Assembly (NCBI GenBank): GCA_046290465.1
Contig: JBKAGP010000001.1
Location: 1,248,001 to 1,312,000 of the forward strand
Length of the DNA: 64,000 bases
From: Planctomycetota bacterium
GTDB lineage: Bacteria; Planctomycetota; UBA1135; UBA2386
Direction of reading: 5' to 3'
Of this stretch, positions 19,168 through 29,023 are shown piece by piece. Each line of letters opens with the position of its first letter. The stretch's first letter is position 1. The position numbers and the translations under genes are program-made. The notes beneath the pieces are model-generated. The model was not told where the DNA came from, made no database searches, and saw only the letters and a list, made by a program, of their open reading frames with translations.

Positions 19168-19901
19168 CCCTTCGATTCGCGCCGGATCTTCAGCACGAGC
19201 ACGTTCGCGTAGAGGAAGAACCCGCAGAAGCAGGCGAAGTAGACGAAGTCGCGCGTGTCGAACACGCCGCGCGCGATGCTCTGGAAGTACTTGAACGGGC
19301 TGATGCCGTTGAGCATGTCGGCGACCAGCGGCGGCAGGTTGGCGCCGAAGAACTCGATCAGCGTCGGGTAGCCGAGCAGGAACAGCACCGCCAGCGACAC
19401 CACCGACGCCAGCAGCGCGACGATCTGGTCGCGCGTCATGCTCGACCAGAACATACCGACCGCGACGAAGCTGCCGGCGAACAGCAGCGAGGCCAGGTAG
19501 GCGCCGAGCACCGGCGGCCAGTCGACCGAGCCGTAGGCGCCGAGCGTCAGCGGCAGGCCGAAGGTCAGCAGCAGCACGAACGCGAGGTAGGTCAGCACCG
19601 CGAGGAACTTGCCGAACACGACCTCGCCCGGCCGCACCGGGAACGTCAGCAGCAGCTCGATCGTGCCGAGCTTCCGTTCTTCGGCCCACAGCCGCATGGT
19701 CAGCCCCGGCAGGAACACGAGGTAGATCCACGGCAGGTAGAGGAAGAACGGCTGCATGCTCGCCTGCGCGTCGTGCACCAGCGTCGACTGCGCCGACAGG
19801 AACAGCAGCACCGACAGGAACAGCCCGCCGAACACGTAGGCGATCGGCGACAGGAAGTAGCTCTTCAGCTCGCGGCGGAAGACGACCAGCGACCTAGTCA
19901 T
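19164..19901 (-). CDS. ABC-2 permease (GldF-like)
   Basis: RRELKSYFLSPIAY, LTMRLWAEERKLGTIELLLT, GKFLA, SSMTRDQIVA. Confidence 0.92.
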   Translation of the reverse strand: MTRSLVVFRRELKSYFLSPIAYVFGGLFLSVLLFLSAQSTLVHDAQASMQPFFLYLPWIYLVFLPGLTMRLWAEERKLGTIELLLTFPVRPGEVVFGKFLAVLTYLAFVLLLTFGLPLTLGAYGSVDWPPVLGAYLASLLFAGSFVAVGMFWSSMTRDQIVALLASVVSLAVLFLLGYPTLIEFFGANLPPLVADMLNGISPFKYFQSIARGVFDTRDFVYFACFCGFFLYANVLVLKIRRESKG

Positions 19902-20865
19902 GGGCGACCTCCTGATGCACGACGTCCTCGGGTGCGCGCAGCGTCAGCTCGCGGAACACGTCCTCGAGGCTCGGCCGCTCGCGCCGCAGCGCCAGCAGGT
20001 CCCAGCCGTTCTTGATGACCAGCCGCGCCAGCGACTCGTCGATCGGCGTGCTCAGCCGGTCGGTGCGCACCCGGTAGTCGATCGCGTCCTCGCGCCGCTC
20101 GAGCACGTCGACCGGCACATCCGGCGGCAGCAGCTCGCGGAACTGCGCGACCACCGCGGTCTCCGGCCCGCGCACGGTCATCAGCAGGCTGCCCTGCGGC
20201 TGGCCCGAGACCAGCTGCTGCTGGGTGCCGTCGGCGACGATCTCGCCGTGGTTGACGATGATCACGCGCGTGCAGGACTTCTCGACCTCCTGCAGGTAGT
20301 GCGTGCTCAGCACCACCGTGTGCTCCTCGCCGAGCCGCTCGATCAGGTTGCGCACCTCGACGATCTGGTTGGGGTCGAGGCCCGAGGTCGGCTCGTCGAG
20401 GATCAGCACCGGCGGTTCGTGCACGATCGCCTGCGCCAGGCCGACCCGCTGCTTGTAGCCCTTCGACAGCTCGACGATGTTCTTGCCGGTGACGCGCTGC
20501 AGGCCGCACAGCTCGACGGCCCGCGCGATCTTGGCCGTGCGCTCGCGCGCGGGTACGCCGCGGATCTCGGCGACGAACGACAGGTAGTCGTCGACGCGCA
20601 TCTCGGCGTAGAGCGGCGTGCTCTCCGGCAGGTAGCCGACGCACTGGCGAACGCGCAGCGAGTCGTGCACGACGTCGTGGCCGTTGACCGATCCCCGCCC
20701 TGCCGTGGGCATCAGGTAGCCGGTCAGGATCTTCATCGTGGTCGACTTCCCGGCCCCGTTGGGACCGAGGAAGCCGACGACCTCACCCTTCTGCACGGAG
20801 AACGAGATCCCCTTGAGTGCCCGGGCGAAGCCATAGCTCTTCTCGAGACGTTCGACTTCGATCAT
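19894..20865 (-). CDS. ABC transporter ATP-binding protein (GldA-like)
   Basis: GPNGAGKST, LSKGYKQR, ILDEPTSGLDP, SLEDVF. Confidence 0.95.
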   Translation of the reverse strand: MIEVERLEKSYGFARALKGISFSVQKGEVVGFLGPNGAGKSTTMKILTGYLMPTAGRGSVNGHDVVHDSLRVRQCVGYLPESTPLYAEMRVDDYLSFVAEIRGVPARERTAKIARAVELCGLQRVTGKNIVELSKGYKQRVGLAQAIVHEPPVLILDEPTSGLDPNQIVEVRNLIERLGEEHTVVLSTHYLQEVEKSCTRVIIVNHGEIVADGTQQQLVSGQPQGSLLMTVRGPETAVVAQFRELLPPDVPVDVLERREDAIDYRVRTDRLSTPIDESLARLVIKNGWDLLALRRERPSLEDVFRELTLRAPEDVVHQEVAHD

Positions 20866-21000
20866 GTGCGTTGCGCTGTCGTTGTCTGGACGTTAGCCCG
20901 CGACCGACCACAGGCAACACAACGCCCCCTTTGCCAACCACTTGGTTGCCGGCGAACGGGATCGCCGGCCGTTCGGATCGCCGGCCCTGCCCATCGGGAG

Positions 21001-21036
21001 ATGGCCGCCGGGGTATGGCCGCCGGGATATGGCCGC
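21001..21036. repeat. 14-bp tandem repeat, about 2.5 copies
   Basis: ATGGCCGCCGGGGT ATGGCCGCCGGGAT ATGGCCGC, directly after the rho stop. Confidence 0.7.
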
Positions 21037-21041
21037 GGCCG

Positions 21042-22382
21042 CTAGTCCTCGAGGCGGAAGCTGTCGAGGAACTCCTGGTTGGTGTCCGTCTTCATCAGAC
21101 GGTCGATCAGGAGCGGCATCGCGTCGAGCGCGTTCATGCGGCCGAGCACGCGGCGCAGCGTGTAGAGGCGCTTGGTGACCTCGTCGCCCAGCAGCAGCTC
21201 CTCCTTGCGCGTGCCCGACAGCTCGATGTCGATCGCGGGGAAGATGCGGCGCTCGGCCAGCTGGCGGTTGAGCACCAGCTCCTGGTTGCCGGTGCCCTTG
21301 AACTCCTCGAAGATCACCTGGTCCATGCGCGAGCCGGTGTCGACCAGCGTCGTGCCCAGGATCGTCAGCGAGCCGCCCTCTTCGCACTTGCGCGCCGAGC
21401 CGAAGAACTTCTTCGGGATCTCGAGCACCTTGGCGCCGACGCCGCCCGACATGGTCGCGCCACCGCGGCCGCCGAGCGCCGAGTTGTAGGCGCGGGTCAG
21501 GCGCGTGATCGAGTCGAGCAGGATCACGACGTCCTTGCCGGTCTCGACCAGACGATGGGCGCGCTTCAGGCATATCTCGGAGACGGCGACGTGGTGCTTG
21601 GGCCCCTCGTCGAGCGTCGAGACCAGCACTTCGCGGTTGTCGCCCGAGACGCTGCGCTTCCAACCGGTCGCCTCCTCGGGGCGCTCGTCGATCAGCAGCA
21701 CCATCATGTGCGCGTCCGGGTAGTGCTCACTGATCGCGTGGCAGATCTGCTGCATCAGCACCGTCTTGCCAGAACGCGGCGGCGCCACCACCAGGCCGCG
21801 GGTGCCGTGGCCGATCGGACACAGCAGGTCGACGATGCGCAGCGAGACGTTCTCGTCCTCGCCCGGCGCCAGCTTGAACTGCGGCTCCGGATCGATCACC
21901 GTCATGTGGCGGAACTGCGGCAGCTCGCGCCGTTCTTCGGGGTCGATGCCGTCGACGGTCTCGACCTCGGCCAGCGTGTGTCGCTGCGGGCCGCGGCTCG
22001 GCAGGCCGGCCTGGCCGCAGATCTCGCTGCCCTCCTGCAGGCGGTGCTGCCGGATCAGCGCCGACGGCACGAACACGTCGCCGTTGGGGATCGAGTCGGG
22101 CATGTAGCTGTTGACCTTCTGTCGCAGCCAGCCGTTGCCCTCCTTGGTGTACTCGAGCACGCCGACGGTCTGCTCGGTCGGGCCTTCGACCGGGAAGTTG
22201 CCTCCCCCGCCGCCGCCGCCGCTGCCGCCGCCGCCGCCTTCACCACCACCGCCGCCGCCGCCACCGCCGCCGCCGCGACGGCGACGACGCCTGCGACCAC
22301 CGCGGCGCCACTTGCGGTCCGGGCCACCCTGGTCGGGCGATCCTTCGGTTCCTCCGCCGAACTCGTTATCCGAGATACTCAT
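21042..22382 (-). CDS. rho: Transcription termination factor Rho with an Arg/Gly-rich N-terminus
   Basis: PIGHGTRGLVVAPPRSGKT, LIDERPEE, LDSITRL, DTGSRMDQVIFEEFKGTGN, SGTRKEELL. Start placed at MSISDNEF. Confidence 0.96.
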   Translation of the reverse strand: MSISDNEFGGGTEGSPDQGGPDRKWRRGGRRRRRRRGGGGGGGGGGGEGGGGGSGGGGGGGNFPVEGPTEQTVGVLEYTKEGNGWLRQKVNSYMPDSIPNGDVFVPSALIRQHRLQEGSEICGQAGLPSRGPQRHTLAEVETVDGIDPEERRELPQFRHMTVIDPEPQFKLAPGEDENVSLRIVDLLCPIGHGTRGLVVAPPRSGKTVLMQQICHAISEHYPDAHMMVLLIDERPEEATGWKRSVSGDNREVLVSTLDEGPKHHVAVSEICLKRAHRLVETGKDVVILLDSITRLTRAYNSALGGRGGATMSGGVGAKVLEIPKKFFGSARKCEEGGSLTILGTTLVDTGSRMDQVIFEEFKGTGNQELVLNRQLAERRIFPAIDIELSGTRKEELLLGDEVTKRLYTLRRVLGRMNALDAMPLLIDRLMKTDTNQEFLDSFRLED

Positions 22383-23043
22383 TCCGTATCGATAGACAGC
22401 CGGTTGCTGCCGTGTGTCCGTGGGACGTTCTTGATTGGACGGATGTCCGGTGCCTGGCGGGAGCCGAGCCATGCTGGCTCTGCGACCCCCACTGCCTGCC
22501 GGCGACGGCCAGCTGCGAGGTCCGGAGACCGGATCCTCGGGAAGCTGCGTTTCGCCCTCAACGACGGCTCCGGCTCGGAAACCGGAAGCCTGGATGGAAC
22601 TCGGGCCGCGACGTGCATCCGGTTCTGCCATACGGATCCTGACGAGCGATCCTGGGCAGGGACACCGCGCGGTGACCGAAGGTCTCCAACCGCGCTCACC
22701 CCTTCTCGTCCTGCGCGAGGCTGGGACCGACGGCGGCCGCGCGTTCGCAGCTGCCCGGGGCGAGATCCTGGGAACGGCCGCGATGGCGATCGTTCCCCTG
22801 GACGGTCGCGGAGAGTAGCGACGCCAGGAATGCGGCGCAAGGTGCCTTGTCGCAATTCCCGGTGCCACCGCAGCTCGGAACCTGTGCCCAGGACCCGCGG
22901 CTGCGACATTGCCCTCTACCGTTCCGTGCGCTATCCACCGTCCCCTGCGATCGGCGGTTCGCATTCAACTTCTGCCCCGCCGATCACCGAAGAATGAGCT
23001 AGCGGGCCTCCTGTTTGCCCGCCGAACAGCGAACGCAGTGACG

Positions 23044-23679
23044 ATGCAGAACCCAAGCGACTTCGATCCCCGCCGCCTCCGTCTCGACGAAGAGAACGGC
23101 AACGACCAAGAACAGAAGAAGGGCGACGGTCTGCCCAACCCCTACGAGAAGGCGCTCTTCGAGTCGCGCACCGTGCTGATCAGCGGCGGCGTCGACGACA
23201 AGATGCTGAAGGAGGCGACCATGCGCGTGCTGGCCCTCGAGGCCGAGGACGCCGACGCGCCGATCACCGTGCTGATCAACTCGCCGGGCGGCAGCGCCGA
23301 CGCCGGCTTCGCGATCTACGACCTGCTGCGCTTCGTGTCGTGCCCGATCCGCACGGTCGTCAACGGCCTGTGCGCGTCGGCCGGCATCCTGATCCACCTC
23401 GCGGGCGATCCCGGCAGCCGCTACTGCATGTCGGAGAGCCGCTTCATGATCCACCAGCCGTCGACCGGCGGCCGCGGCCAGGCGTCGGACCTCGAGATCA
23501 CCGCCAAGGAAGTGATCAAGCTGCGCGATCGCTACAACAAGATCATCGGCGAAGCCTGCAACAAGAACCCGGACGACGTCTTCGAGGCCGCCCGCCGCGA
23601 CTTCTGGCTCGACGCCGGCCAGGCGCTCGAATACGGCCTGATCAACAAGGTCGTGGTGACCCGCAAGGACCTCGACTGA
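23044..23679 (+). CDS. clpP: ATP-dependent Clp protease proteolytic subunit
   Basis: INSPGG, CASAG (Ser), MIHQP (His), RDFWL (Asp), EYGLI. Confidence 0.93.
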   Translation: MQNPSDFDPRRLRLDEENGNDQEQKKGDGLPNPYEKALFESRTVLISGGVDDKMLKEATMRVLALEAEDADAPITVLINSPGGSADAGFAIYDLLRFVSCPIRTVVNGLCASAGILIHLAGDPGSRYCMSESRFMIHQPSTGGRGQASDLEITAKEVIKLRDRYNKIIGEACNKNPDDVFEAARRDFWLDAGQALEYGLINKVVVTRKDLD

Positions 23680-23750
23680 TCGAACGGCCGGAGATTCCGG
23701 CCGGACCGCCGCGGTGAACCGTTCGCCGCCGCGTTACGTTGTCGCCTGCG

Positions 23751-25439
23751 ATGCTCCGCTCCGCGACGACGTCCGCCGTGCTGCTGGCCGGCAGCCTGCA
23801 GCTGGCCACGACGGCCCTCGCTGCCTCGACGATGCCGGCTGCCGGGACGGCCGTGGCTGGCGACCGACCGGTCGCCCAGCAGCCTGGCTCGCAGCAGCCT
23901 GGCACGCCATCGCCTGGCGCACGCACCCGGAGCATCATCTACGCGCAGCTCGAGGACCCTTCGGGCAACCCGGTCGCCGACGCCACCGGCTGGCTGCTGC
24001 CCGAGCCGCGCCGGCGATGGCTCGCCCTGCCGGCGTACGTGCCGCGCGGCGCCGACGGCGGCCCGCCGCCGTTCCGCCGCGCGACCAGCGACCGACGCGG
24101 CCTGCTGCGCTTCGGCGACGACGACTGGCAGCCGGGCGCCGGCAGCGGTCTGGTGACCACCGACCAGGGCCTCGGCGCGGTGCTGCCGCGGCTGTTCGCC
24201 CGCCGCCTGCAGCGCGTCACGCTCGAACCGATGGCCGAGATCTCGACCGCGACCGGCACCGAGCCGTTCGAACTGCACGCGCGGGCGCGCCTCGCCGACG
24301 GCCACCGCGTGCTGCTGCCGACCCAGCGCGGCCAGCGCGTGCGCCTGCCTGCCGGCGACTACGAGGTCTGGGCCAAGAGCGCCGACGGCTGGACCTGGCA
24401 GCGGCTGGTGCTGCGCGCGGGCGGCCGTGCGACGCTGCGCTTCGACGGCACCGCGCAGCGCGTGCGGGTGCCGGCCGACGCCTACCTGCATCCGGACGGC
24501 TGGTCGACGATGCCGCTGCGCGGCCTCGGTGACGACGTCGAGGTGCTGCTGCGCGGCAATGCGCTGGCTGCGCCGCTGGTCACCTGGACCGACGAACGGG
24601 TCACGCCGGCGCGCGTGCTGCCCGGCCCACCCACCGTCGAGCCGATCGCCTGGCCGCCGGCGAGCGACCGCGAGCTGCAGACCGTGGCCGGTGGCATTCC
24701 GGGCGCGACGTGGTACGGGCTGGTCCGGCAGGAGCGCGGCGGCTACCGGCTGGTCGCGCGCGCGCGCGCCGACGAGCAGGGCGACGTCGCGCTGCCGCCC
24801 GACCCGGGCGGCGACAGCTGGCTGCTCGCCGAAGGACCGTTCGCGCCGTTCGCGGTGCCGTGGTCGCGCGGTCCGGCGCGGCCGGGCGGCGAGCAACCGG
24901 CGCGCGGCGTGCCGTTGACGCTGCAGGCGCGCAACGGCCAGAACCTGCCGGTGGTCGACCTTGTCTGCACCTACACGCCCGACGGCATGCCCGCCGCTGC
25001 GGTCGTCGCGCGCACCGACGCGGTCGGCGTGGCGCGCTTCGGCCCGCTGCGCGGTCCCGGCGCGCTGACGATCGACGACCCACGCTACGCCAACCAGCGC
25101 ATCGAACTCGAGACGGTGCCGACCCGGCCGTTGCCGGTGGCGGTGCAGCGCGGGGCGTCGTGCCGCGGCACGGTGGCGTTCGACGACGGGCACAGCGACG
25201 CGACCATCGTGCTGACGCTGCGTGACCCGCGCGGCCTGCTGCGCCCCGCCGAACGGACCATCGCGCTGCAGCCCGGCGAGGAGTTCGCGTTCGACGGCCT
25301 GCCCGACGAGACCGATCTGGTGCTGTTCGCGACCGCGACCCGCACCGGCAAGACCTGGTCGGCGCGGCGGATCGTGCGCAGCGGCGCGAGGGACCTCGAG
25401 CTGGTGCTGGCCGACGAGGATCCCGAGTTCGGTCGCTGA
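23751..25439 (+). CDS. Hypothetical exported protein with several beta-sandwich-like segments
   Basis: Signal-peptide-like N-terminus; recurring 'TSDRRG/ADEQG/TDAVG' and 'LPAGDYEV' motifs; coding-like codon use. Confidence 0.7.
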   Translation: MLRSATTSAVLLAGSLQLATTALAASTMPAAGTAVAGDRPVAQQPGSQQPGTPSPGARTRSIIYAQLEDPSGNPVADATGWLLPEPRRRWLALPAYVPRGADGGPPPFRRATSDRRGLLRFGDDDWQPGAGSGLVTTDQGLGAVLPRLFARRLQRVTLEPMAEISTATGTEPFELHARARLADGHRVLLPTQRGQRVRLPAGDYEVWAKSADGWTWQRLVLRAGGRATLRFDGTAQRVRVPADAYLHPDGWSTMPLRGLGDDVEVLLRGNALAAPLVTWTDERVTPARVLPGPPTVEPIAWPPASDRELQTVAGGIPGATWYGLVRQERGGYRLVARARADEQGDVALPPDPGGDSWLLAEGPFAPFAVPWSRGPARPGGEQPARGVPLTLQARNGQNLPVVDLVCTYTPDGMPAAAVVARTDAVGVARFGPLRGPGALTIDDPRYANQRIELETVPTRPLPVAVQRGASCRGTVAFDDGHSDATIVLTLRDPRGLLRPAERTIALQPGEEFAFDGLPDETDLVLFATATRTGKTWSARRIVRSGARDLELVLADEDPEFGR

Positions 25440-25455
25440 GCCGCGGGGCGCCCGC

Positions 25456-26454
25456 TCAGCGGGCGCGCGCCGCCGCGCGGTGGCAGTAGGCCGTCAGCCA
25501 CGGCGCGATGCGCACGAGCGGCAGTTCGCGCCCGACCGCGCCTTCCTGCCTGGCGGCGCGCGGCATGCCATAGATCGTGCAGGTCTCCTCGTCCTGGCCG
25601 ACCGTCTGCCAGCCGCGATCGCGCAGCGTGCGCATCGGCCCGGCGCCGTCGCGGCCCATGCCGGTCATGATCACCGCGACCCCGCGCACGTCGAGCTCCG
25701 CGCACGACGCGAACAGCACGTCGACCGCCGGCTTGTGGCCGCGGATCGGCGCTGCGTCGTCCCACTCGAGCACCAGCCCCGCCGCGCGCGCCACCACCCG
25801 CAGGTGGTGGTCGCCGGGCGCGATGTAGGCGACGCCGCGACGGATCCGTTCGCCGTGGGCGGCCAGCCGCACGTCGTAGCCGGTCTGCAGCCGCAGCCGC
25901 TGCACCAGGTCGTCGACGAACCCGGCCGGGATGTGCTGCACGACGACGATCGGCGGCAGGCTGTGGTCGTTGGGCAGCGCTTCGAACAGCTCGCGCAGGC
26001 TCGCCGGCCCGCCCGTGCTAATGCCGATGGCGATCAGTTCGGGCGCGTTCTCGGCGACGTCATGGACCTCGTGTTCGACGACGTCGGGCAGCTCCTCGAT
26101 CTGCCGCAGCGCCTGCGAATCGACCACCTGGCGCAGGATCGAGTTGAGCTTGGTCGACCACTCGAGCAGGCTCTTCACGTCCTGGCTGTCGGGCAGTTCG
26201 ACGACCTCGGATACGGCACCGACGACCGGCCGCAGGTCGGCGCCCGGCTGGTACAGCAGCAGCACCGGCGGCGGCAGCGTGCGCAGGTCGACGACCACCG
26301 GCCAGCGCACCAGCGAACAGAGCACCCGGCGCTGCTGCTCGTCGTCGATCGCATCGTGCGGCGCCGCGTCGAAGCCGGCGGCCAGCAGCCACTCGGCGAG
26401 CATGTCGGCGTCGTCACCCGGAGCTTCGAGCACGACCAGCGGTCGCGTCAGCAT
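25456..26454 (-). CDS. cheB: Chemotaxis methylesterase CheB with a degenerate receiver-like N-terminus (start 26454 or GTG 26460)
   Basis: GISTGGP (Ser), VVQHIP (His), HKPAVDVLF, MTGMGRDG (Asp), YGMP. Confidence 0.9.
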   Translation of the reverse strand: MLTRPLVVLEAPGDDADMLAEWLLAAGFDAAPHDAIDDEQQRRVLCSLVRWPVVVDLRTLPPPVLLLYQPGADLRPVVGAVSEVVELPDSQDVKSLLEWSTKLNSILRQVVDSQALRQIEELPDVVEHEVHDVAENAPELIAIGISTGGPASLRELFEALPNDHSLPPIVVVQHIPAGFVDDLVQRLRLQTGYDVRLAAHGERIRRGVAYIAPGDHHLRVVARAAGLVLEWDDAAPIRGHKPAVDVLFASCAELDVRGVAVIMTGMGRDGAGPMRTLRDRGWQTVGQDEETCTIYGMPRAARQEGAVGRELPLVRIAPWLTAYCHRAAARAR

Positions 26455-26456
26455 GC

Positions 26457-26972
26457 TCACGGGTCGATCACGTCCTTGACCAGGTTCTTCCAGCTGCGCT
26501 CGTCGAGCTGGCCGCGCAGCTTGCGCACGACCACGCTGCCCTTGGCCGGGTCGACGAACAACACGCAACCGCCGTCGGCCGGGCCTTCGACGTGCCCCCC
26601 GAACACCATGCCGAGCTCGTAGGTCGCCTCCTTGATCGCCGCGGCGTTGCGCGGGCCGATCGCGCTCTTGTCGAGCCCGCCCATCGAGCCACCGCCCGCC
26701 ATGCGAACGATCAGCTGGCGCGGGTCGGCGCCGTTCTGCAGCGCCAGGTCGCGGGCGCGCGGCGCCGCGAGGTTGGCGAAATAGCCCGGCCCCATGCCCT
26801 GGCCGGTGCCCTCGGGCCGGACCACGTGCGCGAGCACGCAGACCTGGTGCTTGAGGTCCTGCACGACCATGCCGATGCACGAGCCGAGCAGCGTGCTGAG
26901 CACCTGGGGCGGACGCGCGACGGCGATGCCGCCGATCGGCACCTGCACGACACGTTCGGAGGTTGCGGTCAT
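26457..26972 (-). CDS. cheD: Chemoreceptor glutamine deamidase CheD
   Basis: TLLGSCIG (Cys), LAHVVRP (His), AGGG, IGPRN. Confidence 0.88.
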   Translation of the reverse strand: MTATSERVVQVPIGGIAVARPPQVLSTLLGSCIGMVVQDLKHQVCVLAHVVRPEGTGQGMGPGYFANLAAPRARDLALQNGADPRQLIVRMAGGGSMGGLDKSAIGPRNAAAIKEATYELGMVFGGHVEGPADGGCVLFVDPAKGSVVVRKLRGQLDERSWKNLVKDVIDP

Positions 26973-27009
26973 GTCGGGAGGCGGGGGCGATGCTGGACGT
27001 GGCGGCGGT

Positions 27010-28956
27010 TCAGACGTTGGCCGGTTCCGGTCTGGTCCCGGGGTCCGCTGCCGGCCCCGCCGCGAGCGCCTGCTGGGCGCCCTTGCGGCGCTTGCTCGGC
27101 ATCCGCTGGCGGCTCATCGCGAAGTCGGCGAAGCCCGACGGATCGAGGATCAGCGTGACCTTGCCGTCGCCGCGGATCGCCATCCCGGCGAGTCCGGGCA
27201 CCGCCGTCAGTTCGGGGCAGAGCGGCTTGATGACCAGGTCCTCCTTGCCGACCAGGCGGTCGACGCCGAGCGCGACCTCGTTGCCGGCGTAGCCGAACAC
27301 GATCGCGTGCTCCGGCTTGGACTGCGTATCCGCAGCCAGCACGCCGTCGGCAAACCGGTAGGTCTCGGGCAGCAGCACGAACGGCATCGGCTGCTCGCGC
27401 ACCACCACCATCGGCTTGTTCTGCACGGTCTGCACGCGGCCCTGGCTGAGCTCGACGATCTCGCGCACCTCGGTGAGCGGCAGCGCGAACATCGTGTCGC
27501 CGACCTCGATCAGCAGGCTGGCCAGGATCGACATGCTCGGCGGCAGTTGGATCGTGAAGCACGTGCCCTTGCCGACCTCGGACTCGAGTTCGACGCTGCC
27601 GCGCAGGCCCTTGATGGTCGCGAGCACGATGTCCATGCCCATGCCGCGGCCGCTGACCTCGGTCACCTGCGCCGCGGTCGAGAAGCCCGGCGAGAAGATC
27701 TGCCGCTGCGCCTCGCGCGCCGACATCGCCTGCGCCTCCTCCGGGGTCTTCAGGCCCATCTCGACGACCTTCTTGACCATGCGCTCGGGGTCGATGCCGC
27801 CGCCGTCGTCGCGGATCTCGATGACGACCGAACTGCCGCGCTGGAAGCTGGTGACGCTCACCCGCCCACGCTCGGACTTGCCGCCCTGCCTGCGATGCTC
27901 GGGGCTCTCGATGCCGTGGTCGATCGAGTTGCGCAACATGTGCACGAGCGGGTTGACCAGCTCGTCGGCGACGCGCTTGTCGATCTGGGTGTCGCCGCCG
28001 CTGACCTCGAAGTCGACCGGCTTGCGCAGGTGCTCGGCGGTGTCGCGCGCGACCCGCTGCAGGCGACGGAACACGCTCTCGAGCGGCACCATGCGCAGTT
28101 GCAGCACCGCCTCGTGGATGCCGCCGACGACGCTGTCGAGGTCGTAGGCGACGTCGTCGAGGTCGCGCAGCACGCGGCCGACGCCGTGCAGTTCCTGCCA
28201 GTCGGAGCCGAACCGCTGCATCTGCTCGCTGAGTCGGTCGACCAGTGCCGGCAGCCGGTCGGCACCGCTCTCGCTCTGCGCCAGCGCCTGCAGGTCGCTG
28301 AGGCTCGCCTGCGCCTCGCGCCACGCGAGCCCCATCTCGTCGAGCCGCTGCAGCGGCCGCAGGTGCTGGGTCACCAGCTGGAAGCGCGAACGGGCCACCA
28401 CCAGCTCGCCGGTCAGGTTGACCATGCGGTCGAGACGTTCCATGCGCACGCGCACGGTCTCGTTCGACTCGGCCATCCCCATCTTGGTCTTGGCAGGCTC
28501 GGTCTTGGTCTTGGCCTCCTTGCTCGGTGCCGACACCAGCGCCTTGCCCGGCCCGTCGCTGGCCTCGTTGCCGATCCGCACCAGCTCGTCGACCACCAGT
28601 TCCGAGGCCGCGCCCTCGGCGCCGCCGGCCGCGATCTCCGCGGTCAGGTTGGTGATCAGGTCGATCGCATCGAACATGCCGCGCACGACCTCCGTGCTCG
28701 GCTCGAGCCGGCCCTCGCGGACCTTGCTGAGCACGCTCTCGAGGTGGTGCGTGACGGTGTTGGTGGTCTCGAAGCCGAAGCAGGCCGACAGCCCCTTCAG
28801 CGAGTGCGCGCTGCGGAACAGGTCGTTGACGCGCTCGACCGGCCACGCCTCGCCGCTCTCGGCGAGATCCATCAGGATCGTGTTGAGCTGCTCGAGGTAG
28901 TCGTGTGCCTCCCCGAGGTAGTCAGCGATCAGGTCTTCGTTCCCGTGCGTGCTCAT
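27010..28956 (-). CDS. cheA: Chemotaxis histidine kinase CheA (no evident P2 domain)
   Basis: Hpt FRSAHSLKG, VRVRMERLD, HMLRNSIDHGIE, DDGGG, GFST, SGRGMGMD, C-terminal CheW domain. Confidence 0.96.
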   Translation of the reverse strand: MSTHGNEDLIADYLGEAHDYLEQLNTILMDLAESGEAWPVERVNDLFRSAHSLKGLSACFGFETTNTVTHHLESVLSKVREGRLEPSTEVVRGMFDAIDLITNLTAEIAAGGAEGAASELVVDELVRIGNEASDGPGKALVSAPSKEAKTKTEPAKTKMGMAESNETVRVRMERLDRMVNLTGELVVARSRFQLVTQHLRPLQRLDEMGLAWREAQASLSDLQALAQSESGADRLPALVDRLSEQMQRFGSDWQELHGVGRVLRDLDDVAYDLDSVVGGIHEAVLQLRMVPLESVFRRLQRVARDTAEHLRKPVDFEVSGGDTQIDKRVADELVNPLVHMLRNSIDHGIESPEHRRQGGKSERGRVSVTSFQRGSSVVIEIRDDGGGIDPERMVKKVVEMGLKTPEEAQAMSAREAQRQIFSPGFSTAAQVTEVSGRGMGMDIVLATIKGLRGSVELESEVGKGTCFTIQLPPSMSILASLLIEVGDTMFALPLTEVREIVELSQGRVQTVQNKPMVVVREQPMPFVLLPETYRFADGVLAADTQSKPEHAIVFGYAGNEVALGVDRLVGKEDLVIKPLCPELTAVPGLAGMAIRGDGKVTLILDPSGFADFAMSRQRMPSKRRKGAQQALAAGPAADPGTRPEPANV

Positions 28957-29023
28957 CGAGCGCCTCCTCCCAGATGTATCGGTTGGAGCCGGCGGATCGC
29001 CGCCGGCGCCGTGCGGTCCGCGC

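Noticed and set aside
22852..22867. Sigma54 promoter for rho (TGGCAC...TTGC)
   Set aside because: GG-to-GC spacing is 11 nt rather than the required 10.
22383..22964. 640-aa extended Rho from the ORF track
   Set aside because: The upstream extension lacks coding-like codon bias and Rho similarity.
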